Source of the DNA: Takakia lepidozioides
Lineage: Eukaryota > Plantae > Bryophyta
DNA: 64,000 bases
Assembly (NCBI GenBank): GCA_030704615.1
Contig: CM060734.1
Location: forward strand, 27,466,001 to 27,530,000
Direction: 5' to 3'
The position numbers were made by a program, and so were the translations under genes. Within the stretch, counting starts at the first letter, position 1; every line of letters begins with the position of its first letter. Shown piece by piece: positions 1 through 12,819 of this stretch. The notes below the pieces were generated by a model. That model ran no database searches, had not been told where the DNA came from, and worked only from the letters and a program-made list of their open reading frames with translations.

Positions 1-470
1 TTATCAGCTTGGCTCTGGCTGAGCAACGCAGAGTGCGGAGTACACTTCCCTCAATGGTCTCTCTGCCTACCGAGACGGTACAAGCAGTGAGTGGGGGCGA
101 GCATGTGAGGACCACGGGGTGCATGCATCCATGGCACACGTGGGAGGTGCTCGAGGTTCAGAGGGAGTTGGCAGCCAAGGCGGCTGTGATAGATGAGGTT
201 GGGGATTCTTCTCGGGTTGAGGAGGTCCTCAATGATGAGATGATGGGGCAGGATGAGGTCTTGTCATTGACTGAGCAGGCAGGGAGTACTGCTCAAGAGG
301 TTGCAGCATAGCAACCACGGGACGCGTCCTCTACCTCTAAGCCCACTGGACTTAAGGTTGTAGTTACGGAGGACAATTGGGAGCCTGACATTGGACCCAT
401 TGTCACCGGAGGAGAGAGACGACGTATACGGCGGTTCCTGAGGGCTTACAGGAATTGCTTTGCCTTCAGT

Positions 471-3439
471 TTGAAGGACTTGGGAGCACTGAAGGGTCAA
501 GAGATCCGTATTGAGTTGGCCACTGACACGCCAATCTTTCGGAGACCCTATAGATACAGTGACATGGAGAGGTCTTTGATTCAGATGAGGACTCAAGATC
601 TCTGGGAGGCAGGTTTGGTGGAGCTCTCTGGTGGAGAGTATGCTTCAGCCACAGTGATGCCAGCCAAGAAGGATGTCTATGGCAATTGGACGGAGAGACG
701 TATGTGCGGTGATTACCGGCCTGTAAATCGTCAGACCAAGTCCGATAAGTATGCCATGCCAACACCAGAGGAGATCTTTGATGCCATCGGGCATGCTAAG
801 GCCTTTAGCACTTTGGATTTACGATCCGGATATCACCAGTTGCCAATCAAGGAGGCGGACAAGCAGAAGACGGCATTCTGGGGGATCAATGAGCACGGCA
901 AGATTGCCTATACCAGTGGCGGTTCTTACCATTTGGGCTTAAGAATGCTCCTGCAGAGTTTCAGAGAGTCATGGATAGGATTCTAGCAGGGGTGGACTTT
1001 GCTCGGTGCTACATAGATGACATCATCATCTTTAGTGTTACGATGGAGGAGCATGAGAGACACCTTCAGTGGTATTGGAGCGCTTGAGAGCGCACGGATT
1101 GAAGTTGCATCCGGGGAAGTGCAAGTTTTTCCACAACCAGATTGAGTATCTGGGTCACATGATATATCCTGGAGGATTGGGGGTACAGCAAACTAAGGTA
1201 GAGGCCATTGCACAAATTCCACGCCCCACGGATGTGAGCCGAGTTCGAGCTTTCATGGGGTTGGCAAACTATTATAGACGGTTTGTCAAGGGATTTAGTA
1301 CCATTGCAAAGGCTCTAACCAAGCTGACCAAGGTGGACCAGGAGTGGCAGTGGGAAGATGAGCAGGAACGAGCTTTTCAAGAGCTCAAGGCGAGGTTGAC
1401 CTCGGCGCCTATCTTGAGACGACCTATCAGGGGGCGTCCTTTTCAGCTGCATACGGATTGGAGCATGCTGGGGCTTGGAGCGGTGCTCACACAGGTGGAT
1501 GATGAGGGAAGAGAGTTCGTAGTGGCTTACGCTAGCCGCTCGAACAACGCTGCAGAGGCTAAGTACAGCTCATATGAGGGAGAGTGCTTAGCTGCAGTGT
1601 GGGCCGTGGCACACTTCAGGTGCTATCTATACGGCAATCTTTTCACCCTTGTCACGGATCACCAGCCACTCAAGTGGTTGATGGAGTCAGACAAGCTTAC
1701 GGGGAAGCTTGCACGGTGGGCACTTATACTCCAGGAGTATGACTTTCAGGTTGTGCATCGACCGGGTTTGGTCAATCGGGATGCGGATGGATTGAGTCGC
1801 AATCCATGCATGAGCCAGCAGGATGACACTGGAGCTCGGTGGCATGGTGAGACGGACGAGGAGATGGTGCCGGGATGGCACGCATCTGCATTTTTGTGTA
1901 TCTTGGCATCGGGAGGTCAGATTGGACCTACAACAGGGATGACTGTAGACGGAGTGTCTGAGGACCCTGAGGCTAGTGATGAGCTAGGTGGTGCCAGAGA
2001 TATACATGAGGATTCGGCTGTGTTGGACTACCTCCGCACGGGAGACACGGCAGCCATTGTGACTGCCAGGGAGAGGGATCGGATCCTGCAACGAGCCAAG
2101 AGGTTCAAGTGGGAGGGGATACACCTACTTGAGTGTGGGAGGATGGTCGGGTGAGGATTGTGCCTCACCCCACACAGCGTGCACGGTTAGTGCGGCATGC
2201 CCATGAGGAGTTGGGGCATTTTGGAGTGCGACGCACTCACAGTTTACTGCAGGGGCAGTATTGGTGGCGTGGTATGCATACAGAGGTGCAACAGTTTGTG
2301 GCTAGGTGCATGGTGTGTGACAGGGTGCGTGCTTCATTCAACGCCCCTACACCACAGTTGCATCCTTTACCTATCATGGGATTGGGCTACAGGTGGAGTC
2401 TTGACTTCGCAGGACCGTTGCCACTGACTATGCGCCACCACAGATATGTGTTGGTGATGGTGGAGCACTTCTCCAAGTGGATTGAGTTGGTTCCATTGCC
2501 TGACAAGGCTAGTGAGGGGGCTGCGTATGCATTCTTGGATCGTGTGCTTAGCCGATTTGGTGCTCCAGCTGAGGTACTCACGGACCAAGGGAGAGAGTTC
2601 TTGGGGGAGTTTCAGGCTTTGTGTGATAAAGCCTTGATAGACCACCGCACCACTTCTCGGGATCATCCTGAGGCCGATGGCTTAGCAGAGAGAGTTGTTC
2701 AACGGTGAAGAGGGGTTTGCGCAAGTATGGCTTGCAGAAGGGACACCTAGGAGATTGGGATCTTCAGGTTCCTTGGTTAGCCATGGGCTACAGGTTCAGC
2801 AAACAACATCACTTGCCTCCTTCTCACCATATTTCCTTCTCTTTGGCCGAGAGCCGGATTTGCCTGCAGCATTCGTAGGGACACTGCTCAAGTCCTTAAC
2901 CTTGACGATCCGGACGTGTGGGTACGTGCATGTGATCAGCGTGCAGAGTTGTTCAAGAAAGTCATGCCCATGGCTTTTGAGAACCTTGCCATTGCACAGC
3001 ACCGTGATACGTTGAGGTATGCCACTATACGTGGTGGAGGATATCGTCCTGGGGTTCGGAGGTTTAGCCCTGGTGACTATGTTTATTTGCAGCAGACTGC
3101 TCCTACGACTCTGGATGTTACTGCAGGGCGTGTTATTCTGAGGGTTCGAGAGGTGTTGCCCTCAGGGTCCTGATCTTAGAGGGTCGGGATGGCATGACTT
3201 GGAAAGACCATGTGCGTAATTGTGCGCCATGTCACCTTCCCAATGTCGATGGCAGAGTTGACCCAAACTTGGCAGTGGTACCTGCAGGTTTGAGGTGCAT
3301 GCTCTGTGGGTCTGCCAAAGGGGCAGCCACCATGCTGGTGTGTGATCGGTGCTCAAGGGGTTGGCATATGGGATGCTTGACACCACCTCTTGAGAAGGTT
3401 CCTGACGGAGATTGGTTGTGTCCACACTGCTTGGGATAG
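471..3439 (+). pseudogene. pol polyprotein (reverse transcriptase, RNase H, integrase, C-terminal PHD finger), split by several frameshifts
   Basis: [23 protein letters not shown] (about 1009-1020, off-track frame), RNase H LHTDWS/DHQPL/NRDADGLSR, integrase HHCC (HEELGHFG..CMVC), WSLDFAGP, LTDQGREF, GLAER, then a C4HC3 PHD at 3296-3430. Confidence 0.92.
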
Positions 3440-3699
3440 TGGCAGTGGACATGACTGGAGGCAGCTAACAAGACATGGGAGGCCAAGCTCATAGGAGTCA
3501 ATACATGAGATCCCAAGCTCAAGTTCACAGGTTGCAAGACGGCGACTAACGATGGGGCAACTCTTGCACCCGGCCTCTTGATCTATCGAGTTTGACTGTA
3601 GTAGGGATAGTGGTGGAGGACTTAGTGAGGCTATGGTCACTATCACATCTTGTGGCTACCTGGACTTAGAGGGACCTAAGCACCAGCTAGGGGGGCGAT

Positions 3700-4405
3700 T
3701 GTGTGGACTAGTGACTGCCATAGTGGGCAGCGTAGTGGCAGCCTAGTGACTGACTAGTTGTAGCCTAGTGGTTGGACTAGTGGCTGGACTAGTGGTAGAC
3801 TAGTGGTATACTAGTGTGTGGTGTGCACATGTGTTGTGTGATTTTGGACAGCGATGTAGTTGTGTAGCGATATGTATGCGCACGACAGCTGTCAAGTTAT
3901 TTTACCACTAGTGTGAAACTAGCTAGGAAATAGCTAGTTTTTACATATTGATATTTGGGATTGGCCCAAGTGTCAATCCAGGGGTCAAGGCAGATTTAGG
4001 CCCTGGAGTGGTTATCTTCACGGCAAGCGCGGGAGGCTCATCTTTCTCGAGTTGAGCCTCACCGCGCCTAGCTATGGCGCCGTAGTGTGGATTCCCCATG
4101 GCGTGGGGTGCACTTGGCTTGACTTGTATTTGAGTGATGAGGTTATATATGCATGAGTTTATGCTTCAGCTTTGTGAGCTCGCATGAGCTTGTGCTTGTA
4201 TCCTTCCTCTTTATCATTGTGTGGACTAGTGACTGCCATAGTGGGCAGCGTAGTGGCAGCCTAGTGACTGACTAGTTGTAGCCTAGTGGTTGGACTAGTG
4301 GCTGGACTAGTGGTAGACTAGTGGTATACTAGTGTGTGGTGTGCACATGTGTTGTGTGGTTTTGGACAGCGATGTAGTTGTGTAGCGATATGTATGCGCA
4401 CGACA
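3700..4405 (+). repeat. 3' LTR region with a 188-bp direct repeat at both ends (3700-3887 and 4218-4405)
   Basis: TGTGTGGACTAG...CACGACA occurs twice, almost identical. It contains 12-bp GACTAGTGG subrepeats. TATA-like TTATATAT at about 4143. Confidence 0.85.
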
Positions 4406-4797
4406 GAGCGTTCAGTGATTGCGGCACTGAAATTGACACCATTTTTTATTGTCTTTGTTTGCTTGCGCGAGGAAGCGAATCATTCTTGACTTTGGCTTTG
4501 GTTGTGTCGTATGAATTTGCAGGTGCCTGTATGTGGGCGGCAATGATGTCCAACCGATTTGTGTTCTCATTTGAGGGGGATACGGCCTTGTACGATTTTA
4601 ATTTGGCGGGCCTACAGCGTCTGCCTCTTACTGAGGATCCCAACAACGCAGAACAGGACGTGGAAGGGGAGGAGGAAGTCTAGGAAATTCGTCCGATGCA
4701 GGGGCGCCCGAAGCCGCTTCCTGCAATGCCTGTCTTCGAGTGAATTGCACCATAGTAAGTGTATTGGTTTCGGTTGTAGGGACCATGCAACCTGTCG

Positions 4798-5355
4798 ATG
4801 ATTCCCTGTTTGAATGTTCTAATGTGCTTCATTCTCTGTTTGTGCATACACTCAGCCTTGCAGAGTCGTCCGACAAGGAAATGCTGGGAGACTTGCCCGA
4901 ATCGGACCCTGTTAGAGGAGGAGACAGAATCGCATCGGCCATTCTTTGCCAGAAAATCGTTTCTTGTGAGTCCCCAGAAGCCCTTTTTTCTACCACCCTA
5001 TGCAGACATGGCTGCCAGAGAAGCCATCAGGAGGGAGGATATGCCTACTCGGTTCGAGCAATTGATATTCGGGAAGGAGCAGAAAATTATAATGAGGCGT
5101 GAGGCCAAACATGGAATTGTGAAAGGCAGAGTAGGCAAGTTCGTCATAGAATCCGCGTCTGAGAGTGAGGGGGATGATGAGGACAGTTCCGCACCCAGGT
5201 GGACAGTTCCAGCTGGTGAGGATGGTATTTTTGAGGGGATGGCTTCTCACAGTAACAGCGGTAGCAGCAGTGCAGGTTCGGAGGCAGGTGGAAGGCAGCC
5301 ATCCTTGCATGAGGCCGGGGATGCATTGGACAGTGATCGCAGATCCTCGCCATAG
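4798..5355 (+). pseudogene. Unknown transposon-associated ORF remnant, homologous to 44440-44660
   Basis: FVIESASESEGDDEDSSAPRWTVPAGEDGIFEG resembles FVLDSVEESGGEEAEDSQEVRWMVPQGEDGILRG in ORF 44292-44657. Confidence 0.45.
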
Positions 5356-6459
5356 CAAAGTCTCATTTGGATCCTTCTGTTGTATAGTTCTAAATCACTT
5401 AATGAAAATATTGACGATTTTTGAAATCATTGTGTTCAAACTGTGCATGTCCGATTCCGAACATTTCTTTCGCAAACCACAATGTAATAATAAAAGCAGA
5501 AGAGACGCAAAGTAAAGTAAAGAACCCTACAAGTAATTTATGCACACCAGCGAACCGCAAACTAGAAGCCATGAGCGCCATCTTAATCCAGAAAATGGCA
5601 GTGCGCAGTGGACGACTACCGCACCATTCCTAATTCTGGACCTGTGGTTCGACGACTCGGTGGGTCGTGTTGTGGATGTCAACGCAGCAACATAGAGCAT
5701 TAAGGATCATTATGGAGGGTGATTGGAGGGCACAGGCTTTGGGTTATGGTAGATCCACAGGTTTCTTATGCCGCAGTGGTCCATTTCTGATGATGGAGTT
5801 GTCGGAGTTGCTCGGAGTTGTCGCTGTACAAAATAAAAACTTGTAGTTTCCTAATGTTTGTATTTCGAGCGTGTATGGCAATTTTATGTCATGTCAATGT
5901 GGTGTTGATGTTGTGTTGAATGGGGTTTGCAAGTTGAACTGTCGTCTGACCCTAAATATATTACCCTGTCAGCACAATGGCTTGTGAGGGCTACAAGTTC
6001 GTGTCTCTTTCCTATCCTGCACAATGTTTTACAGTCGTGACGTGGAATACCGGCGCCGAAATACCTCATTCCGCATCCTGGACCAGGAGAAACAGACCCT
6101 ATTATCGAGGTATGAGGACATAATACCGTCAATAAAGGCACGAAAATTCCAAGATAATGTGAGTGTGCACATGCTTTCCAACTTCCAGGCCTTTCACCTT
6201 GATGCACTTATGCAAGAGACAGACATGAGTTTATGAATCTGCTGAAATGCCTCCTTGGTTTAAAGTCTGTAGAGCCTCTTTCAGTCAGCGTGCCTCACAA
6301 GGCATCTTCACATTCCCAGAAGTGCCAGAAAAGGCATTGTGGACTCCCTCTCTTGATCCTCTTCCAGAAGCTGTGGTCATGGTTGAGGTGCCTGATTTTA
6401 TCAACTATTAAATGTGCAACCCACTGTATAGTCTATGTATTTTTTGGAAATACGAGGTT

Positions 6460-8107
6460 CATCCTTTGAACCATTTTTGAATGACCTCATACTTGTTTGG
6501 TACCTGTTTGACGGCATGTACAATATACTGGCAAAGTTTCAAAACAATTAAAAATTGCTGAATGAAGATACCATTGGTTCACCCATTGCAATATTTTAAA
6601 TCGAACTCATACTTGTCCGGTACCTTTAAGAGGGCATGTACAATGCAATGACAAAGTTTGAAAGCATTCAGAAATCGGCACATCAAGTAACCATTGGTTC
6701 CTCCTGTGAACCATTTTTTATTGATCTCATACTTTTCCGGTCCATGTAAGAGGCATGTAGTACATACTGGCAAAATTTCAACTCATTCAATTTTTTTTTG
6801 ATCAAGGAACCTTTAGTTTATCCTTTTCACCATTAACGATTACACAAATAAATGAACATACGCATAAATCATTTGCCTCCAAATGATTTTGGTTCGCTTT
6901 GAGACTTGGCCAGTATCTTCAATGTACCATGGAAGAGGCCCCAGAGTAATATGAGATCAATCGAAATTTGTTCAATGGGCCAACGGATGGTTGCCCATCC
7001 AAATGATTTTCGTTCGCTTTGAGACTTGGCTTATGTGTTCAATGTACCCTCTGATAGGTCCCAGTGTAATATGAGATCAATCAAAATTCGTTCGATGGGC
7101 CAATGAGGCGTTCAGTTGTCATTTGGTTTTTGTTCATTGCGAAAAAGAAATCTTGCAATAGGTAAACATTCAAGGGCATATAACCAAGGACCAGATTTGG
7201 CCACAAAAGATCCATCCGGATGTGGTTGAAGCCCCTCTTTTGCCCGCATGTGCTTGAACATGTGTGCAACACATGTGCGGAGACACAACAGACAAATAAA
7301 TCATTTGCCTCCCCATCGACACCAAGCCATTCCATAATGTAATTGAATTTAAATTAATTTTAAGCCAATAAATAAGTTTGCACTGCCTTTCATTGGGGGT
7401 TTCTGGCACGTATCGATTTTGTTTTTGGCTCAATTTTGTTCTGCGGCTTCCAGCATCCCACCACTATTCCCCCGCCAAAATTTGGACCAATCAGAAATGC
7501 CCCCAAAAAAAAGTGTTCTCTTCATTTACTATTGTAAAACTCTCTATGAAGAGTGCATGAAGTTGAACACAAATCAAGTTTGGAGTGTAAAACAGGGAAG
7601 AAACTGTGGTTTTGGGTCCAAATGAATTATGTTTGCTCCCAAATTTGGCACGCACATTACATATGGCTACATTACACGCCCCATTCAAAAACCGGAAAAA
7701 AAATAAAATCGTGAGCACGCGAAACACAGTCCAACAGGTCCCAAAGCAATAGTAGATCTAGCAGAATACATTCAACGGGTGAACAGATGGTTGCCCATCC
7801 AAATCATTTTTGTTTGCTTCCAAACTTTGCCAGTACGTTTGAGACACCCTCTCATAGGTCCTAGACTAATATCAGATCAATCAAAATTCATTCAATGGCT
7901 CAACGGATGGTTGGCCATCGAGATGATTTTGGTTTGCTTTGAGACTTGGCCAGTATGTTCAATGTGCCATGGAAGAGGCCCCAGAGTAATATGAGATCAA
8001 CCGAAATTCGTTCAATGGGCCGACGGATGGTTGCCCATCGAAATGATTTTCGTTCGCTTTGAGACTTGGCCAGTGTGTTCAATGTACTTTCTGATAAGTC
8101 CCAGTGT
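6460..8107. repeat. 120-bp-period tandem repeat array plus one unit of an approximately 1-kb higher-order repeat
   Basis: AAATGATTTT(G/C)GTTCGCTTTGAGACTTGG recurs at 6881/7001, with variants at 7801/7921/8041 (120-bp spacing). 6460-6790 holds diverged, apparently inverted 120-bp units. Confidence 0.85.
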
Positions 8108-8666
8108 CAGTGCCCACCCAGTTATGGGAAGGAGCAGAGGAAAAGAATAGCTATCAAGGCTCTACCATACACTATGATAGGTGGAAGATTGTATAAGCTA
8201 GGACCTAATGGAGTTCTTAAGCGATGCTTGTACCACCATGAAATAAATAAAGTTTTGGAAGAAGTTCATAAATGAGTGGCTGGAGGTCATTTTGGAGAGG
8301 AGACTACCAGTAGAAAAATACTACTTGCAGGTTACTGGTGGCCTACTTTGTTCAAGGATGTACACAAGTATTGCAAGAGTTGTGATGAGTGTCAGAGGCT
8401 AGAACCTTTGCAAAGACCTGGGAAGATGGCTTTGCATCCTACGATGTCTACTAAACCATTCCAAAAATGGGGACTAGACTTTCTTGGACCAATTAATCCA
8501 CCAGCCAGGAATACACAGAACAAGTATATAATCACAGCCACTGATTATACTACAAAGTGGGTGGAAGCTAAGGCTCTGAGGGACAACACAGCTAAGTTCA
8601 CAACAAGGTTCCTATATGAGAACATACTTACGAGATTTGGCTGTCCCCTGGAATTTATCAGTGACC
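8108..8666 (+). pseudogene. Ty3/gypsy integrase fragment (HHCC and start of the DDE core)
   Basis: GGHFG..GYWWPTLFKD..CDECQR, KWGLDFLGP, TDYTTKWVEAKAL, RFGCPLEFISD; ends abruptly at about 8666. Confidence 0.9.
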
Positions 8667-11108
8667 GCCATATCAGTGAGCCCAAACTTTGCAGCTATGG
8701 CTGTTCTGAAGTCCACCCAGTTGTCTGGTCTGGGTTTTTGTTTGTGATACCAATCATCAGCCCTAGCTCTCAGATTCAGCCTTGCCACTTTAAAGGTCTT
8801 GTCCTCGTTCAGATTTCTGACGTCTGCCTCCATCTGAATCCTTTCCAGCCAGTCACTTACATCCTCACTATTCCTACCATGGTAAGGCACAACTATGCTA
8901 GTAGGATCAGTCATCCTGCTGCTCTTTCCAACACTATTCTATCTAACTGTGAGGTTATAGAAATACAAATGTGGTTTAGCATATGTATTTGTTGAGCGGC
9001 GACTAAAGCAAATCAACACACCCCCAATGCTTTGTTCATCAAGAATCAGGGTATGGTCCCTGCCTGCCATCAACCTTGCATCTGTTTCAACCAAAAATCC
9101 TACTCTAAACAGTTCAGATTAAGCAAAGCTCTGATACCAAAAGAAGGGGCATAAATCCCCTTCTGTCTAATTCTAATCTAGTTCTTAGTGAAAGGTCTTG
9201 TTGTTATTCTGGTTCTCCCACACAGGTTGGCTACATCCATGTTGTTTATGATCAGAGTTCATAAAGCCCTCATCCACGCCGCAGCGGAAGAGAAGACATG
9301 GATGGGACAAGTGAAGGTGTTTCCTGCATAGTACAACAGGCCTGACTAGGGTTCTGTCTTGCACCAGCTAAGTTTTCATGCTGATATAGTCACTCAAACA
9401 GCTTACCAGAGGGTTAATGACAGCCTATGAGTTCACCATTTGCATGTAGCATCTACTTGAACCCCCTTTGTTGTCATGCAATCACCAAAAATGCAAGGCA
9501 ACATGGATCTACCATACAGTACAGGTCTGATATTTCTATGCAACTCATGGTCTTTCCTTTATCTCTCAACTGGCCCTCCCTTCATCATTCTTTTGCTGAA
9601 CAGATCTCTCTTCTTCCCAATGTTTTCTCTCCCTTTCTAATGCAAGTGCCCTGGTTTCTTATATCAGACCAGACAGCCCCTCTACATGCAATGCAGATAT
9701 ACCAAGGCACACATCCAGTGGAGACCTTTTGCAAAAATCCTCCTTGGAATCATAAGTACACACCACATTCTCTCTTAGCTTTTCTCTCCTCCCAAACAGA
9801 ATCTCTCCTCGTTCTCATACCCTGATGCTGACAGTTGCAGACCTTGTCCCTCATTTCTACCCTGTAACAAGTGCAACGATTCCCTTGGTGAATCTCCCTA
9901 TACTGTTCATTTTGCAGACTTGTTTAACTCTAAACACTGATGCACAGTTTGCTCCAGATTCAGTGTGCTGAACCATAAAATCAAAAGCAAGACAAACGCT
10001 ATGCATTCATTGATTGTAGATGGGCTGCATCTGCCTTCTATCACCATTCCCAAAGACATGCATCATCTCTCATCCTCTCTACACCATTCTGGTTTGAAGC
10101 CAGACCACCACTCCATTCCATTTTTCAAAACGTTCTCATACTCTCTCTACTAACTCCAGAGCCCTCAATCATTTCAGCGACATCTATCTAAGTAGAAGAA
10201 GAAGAAAAACCTTCGCACTTAACTGATATATACCCCTGATCAAGCGGTGGGTTCCCTGCTCAAGCTGGCACCTCACCCTCCTTGACATCAGCCGCCATAA
10301 TGTTTGCTGTTACTTGCATCTGCCGGCGCTTCTCCAAAATGAAGATCTTGCATACTAAATTCTTCATTGTCGCAGTACCCCAGTCTACATTAATCCCTAA
10401 TCTTAAGAGTTCATCAAAGCCTAACAGTTCTGCTCTCTCATGGCAGCCCCCTTACCATCTAGCCAGACAACTCTTGTTTCTCCCCTCATTACTTCTACCT
10501 TACCCTAAGATAAGATCTCCAACTTTGACAACAAGCTACTGTGACCACAGCCCTTATGCATATCTACAGTCGTTCTCCCCACAACTCTCCTCATCTCTCA
10601 GCAGGCCTAGATCTATATCCCTTCAAGGCAGTGACGGCACCACCCTTCCTTTCTGTCAACAATACATAGTGTCGAAGTGCTCAGTCCACCGCAGGCCTAT
10701 CCTCCAGCGATCCCCACTCTTTAAAGCAACCTAGTGATGATGGCACCGCCTTCCTTCATCTGGCACGAGCACGTTTCACCAAGCTGTTTCCTTGTAGGCT
10801 TATCCTCCAACAAGCTCGACGTCAAGAATTCATCAAGACAGAAGCGGCACCGCTTCTCCTTCTGGATGGTGCACAGATTACCACGCTGCCCTTTTGTTTC
10901 CCCATTACTGCTCATCAGGCTTCAAGGTAAATCCAGTTAGCACAGCAGGGTTAGTCACCCTTAACAAAACAGCTCTGCTAATCCATTGCAGCACCTGCGC
11001 ATCTTCCCGCAATCCTTTCCCTCGTCATCTTCCCTGTGAATCTAGGGCAACATTAGATGAATGACATCCCCTTAACGAATGAAAAATACAAGGGGTTCAC
11101 ATCCTTCA
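8660..11108 (-). mobile_element. 5' end of an LTR retrotransposon: approximately 1.97-kb LTR (9142-11108), tRNA-iMet PBS (9129-9139), gag N-terminal fragment (8660-8914)
   Basis: CTCTGATACCA is the reverse complement of PBS TGGTATCAGAG. Putative LTR termini are (t>a)GAAGG...CCTTCA. Gag-like YHGRNSEDVSDWLERIQ...RARADDWY. Confidence 0.7.
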
Positions 11109-11176
11109 AATGACTTAGGAAAATTCAACTCTAGGCCTCAGATTTCTTCCCTGCACACCCATCAAATTCAGTGTGA

Positions 11177-12819
11177 GTGACAAACACCCCCCAATGGTTT
11201 CACACTACAGTGGAGGCCAACCTTAAGTTGCAGAAAGAGTTGGAGGACACTCAATCTGCTCTACAACTTGCGAAGGAAAACCTGATTGAAGCAGGTCTGG
11301 AGCAGGAGAAGTTGCATGAAGTACACAAGCAACAGCTATACCAGTTGCAAAAAGCATGAGGGCAAATTGCATGAAGTGAAGTTGCTTCATACAGAGTTGG
11401 AGGCAGTTCATCAGAAAATGACCATCCAATGTGCCACACTAACAACTACTCTGGAGCTGACTGCATTAGAAGTTAAGAATCAAGCTGAGAGATGTTTAAT
11501 GGTGGAGGCTGAGTCAGTGGAACAGGCGAAACTCATTGCTGACTTGAAGGCTACTATCCGTCGCAATGAGGATACCTTTCAACAATACAGTTAGATTGAT
11601 GCCCAGAAGGACAGGTACATCCTTGAGTTGCAGCAAACACTCACTGCACGAAAGAATGAGCTTTCTGTGACTAACAAGGCCTGGAAGGAAGCCAATAATC
11701 TGTATGCTGCCTATGCAGCTCTGGTTGAACCTCATGGAGAGTTTACAGCAGCAGTTGCAAACATATAGACTCAAGGAGGAGCAGGATCTCCGGGGTGCTA
11801 CACAGGATTTGGTGGATAATCATCTTTTGCAATAGTGGTTAACACAAGGGCCGGTAGAAGGGAAGGCACCAAGAAAGCTCACCCAAGAGGAGATGAATGA
11901 TCTCAGGCTACGGGTGCAGAACATTGCCACAACCACTATAGACAATGTCTATAGTCGGATAGCTGAGTTGCAGGATGATGTGGAAGGACTGCAGACTCAA
12001 GTGGATGACTTGAGCACCAACATTGACAAAAGGGCCTTTGTTCCTGAGGAACAGCTTATGGCTACTTATTTGCACGCGAGGACTCTGATTTTCCAATCTT
12101 CATCACAAGAGGTGTAGGACTTGCCAACAACAGGAGGGACAGTGGCGCCAATATCACAGCAACCACAACACGTCGACACTGTTGATACCATGGCACTGCA
12201 GCAATCTGAGGTTTGGGGGGATGCTTCTTTTAACCCACCTAAGACTCATGCTGCACTTGAGTACAATCGGGCTATGATTATGCCCTTCACCCAAATTCCC
12301 ATTGTTATGGATTTGGCTTGGAAAGAATTCAGTCCTCCAGAGTCTTTGGCACACTATTACCAGATCATGTGCATTTGGTTGCCAGTGGCAACTCGGACTA
12401 AGGTTCTTCCGAATAACCGACCCATTGAAGATCACCATTTTGCGAGGTACTTGTCTGAGGCAGGCACCATGCTGAAGGAATTAATTGCCTTCCAGATTGT
12501 TCATGGGTACATCTATACCAAGACCAAGGAGGTACCTAGTTTGGTCATGGGTTGTGGACTATACTATGTTGCTTGTTTCATTTCACACTATCACATTGAG
12601 CAGCAAAAGATGCAGATGCAATTTCAGACTTACTCCAAGTCTGAGGATCATTGGGTGATACCTTCAATTCCATCCCATACATATCTGTATGATGTGAGGA
12701 TCATGTTGCAGAAGGATCCCCAACTTCGTTCTTGGTTCGATTTTGGTTTGGAGAACTTGGCCAAAGAAAACTTGGGTCTTGACCACATCTTTTCTAAGGG
12801 ACATGAAGCCAGGAAATGA
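11177..12819 (+). pseudogene. Decayed coiled-coil-rich ORF, probably a retrotransposon accessory ORF
   Basis: Successive + ORFs rich in L/E/Q heptads (11177-12117), then a 232-aa segment, broken by isolated stops. No family recognised. Confidence 0.45.

Larger units (their letters stand above)
1..4405 (+). mobile_element. Ty3/gypsy LTR retrotransposon, 3' part (RT-RNaseH-INT-PHD, PPT, 3' LTR); 5' end lies outside the window
   Basis: Gypsy domain order RT-RH-INT. Polypurine tract AGGGGGG at 3689-3695 is followed by a TG-starting terminal repeat at 3700. Confidence 0.93.

Noticed and set aside
8276-8995. 239-aa ORF as a novel integrase with a hydrophobic tail
   Set aside because: The tail is the antisense of a gag fragment joined by a deletion.
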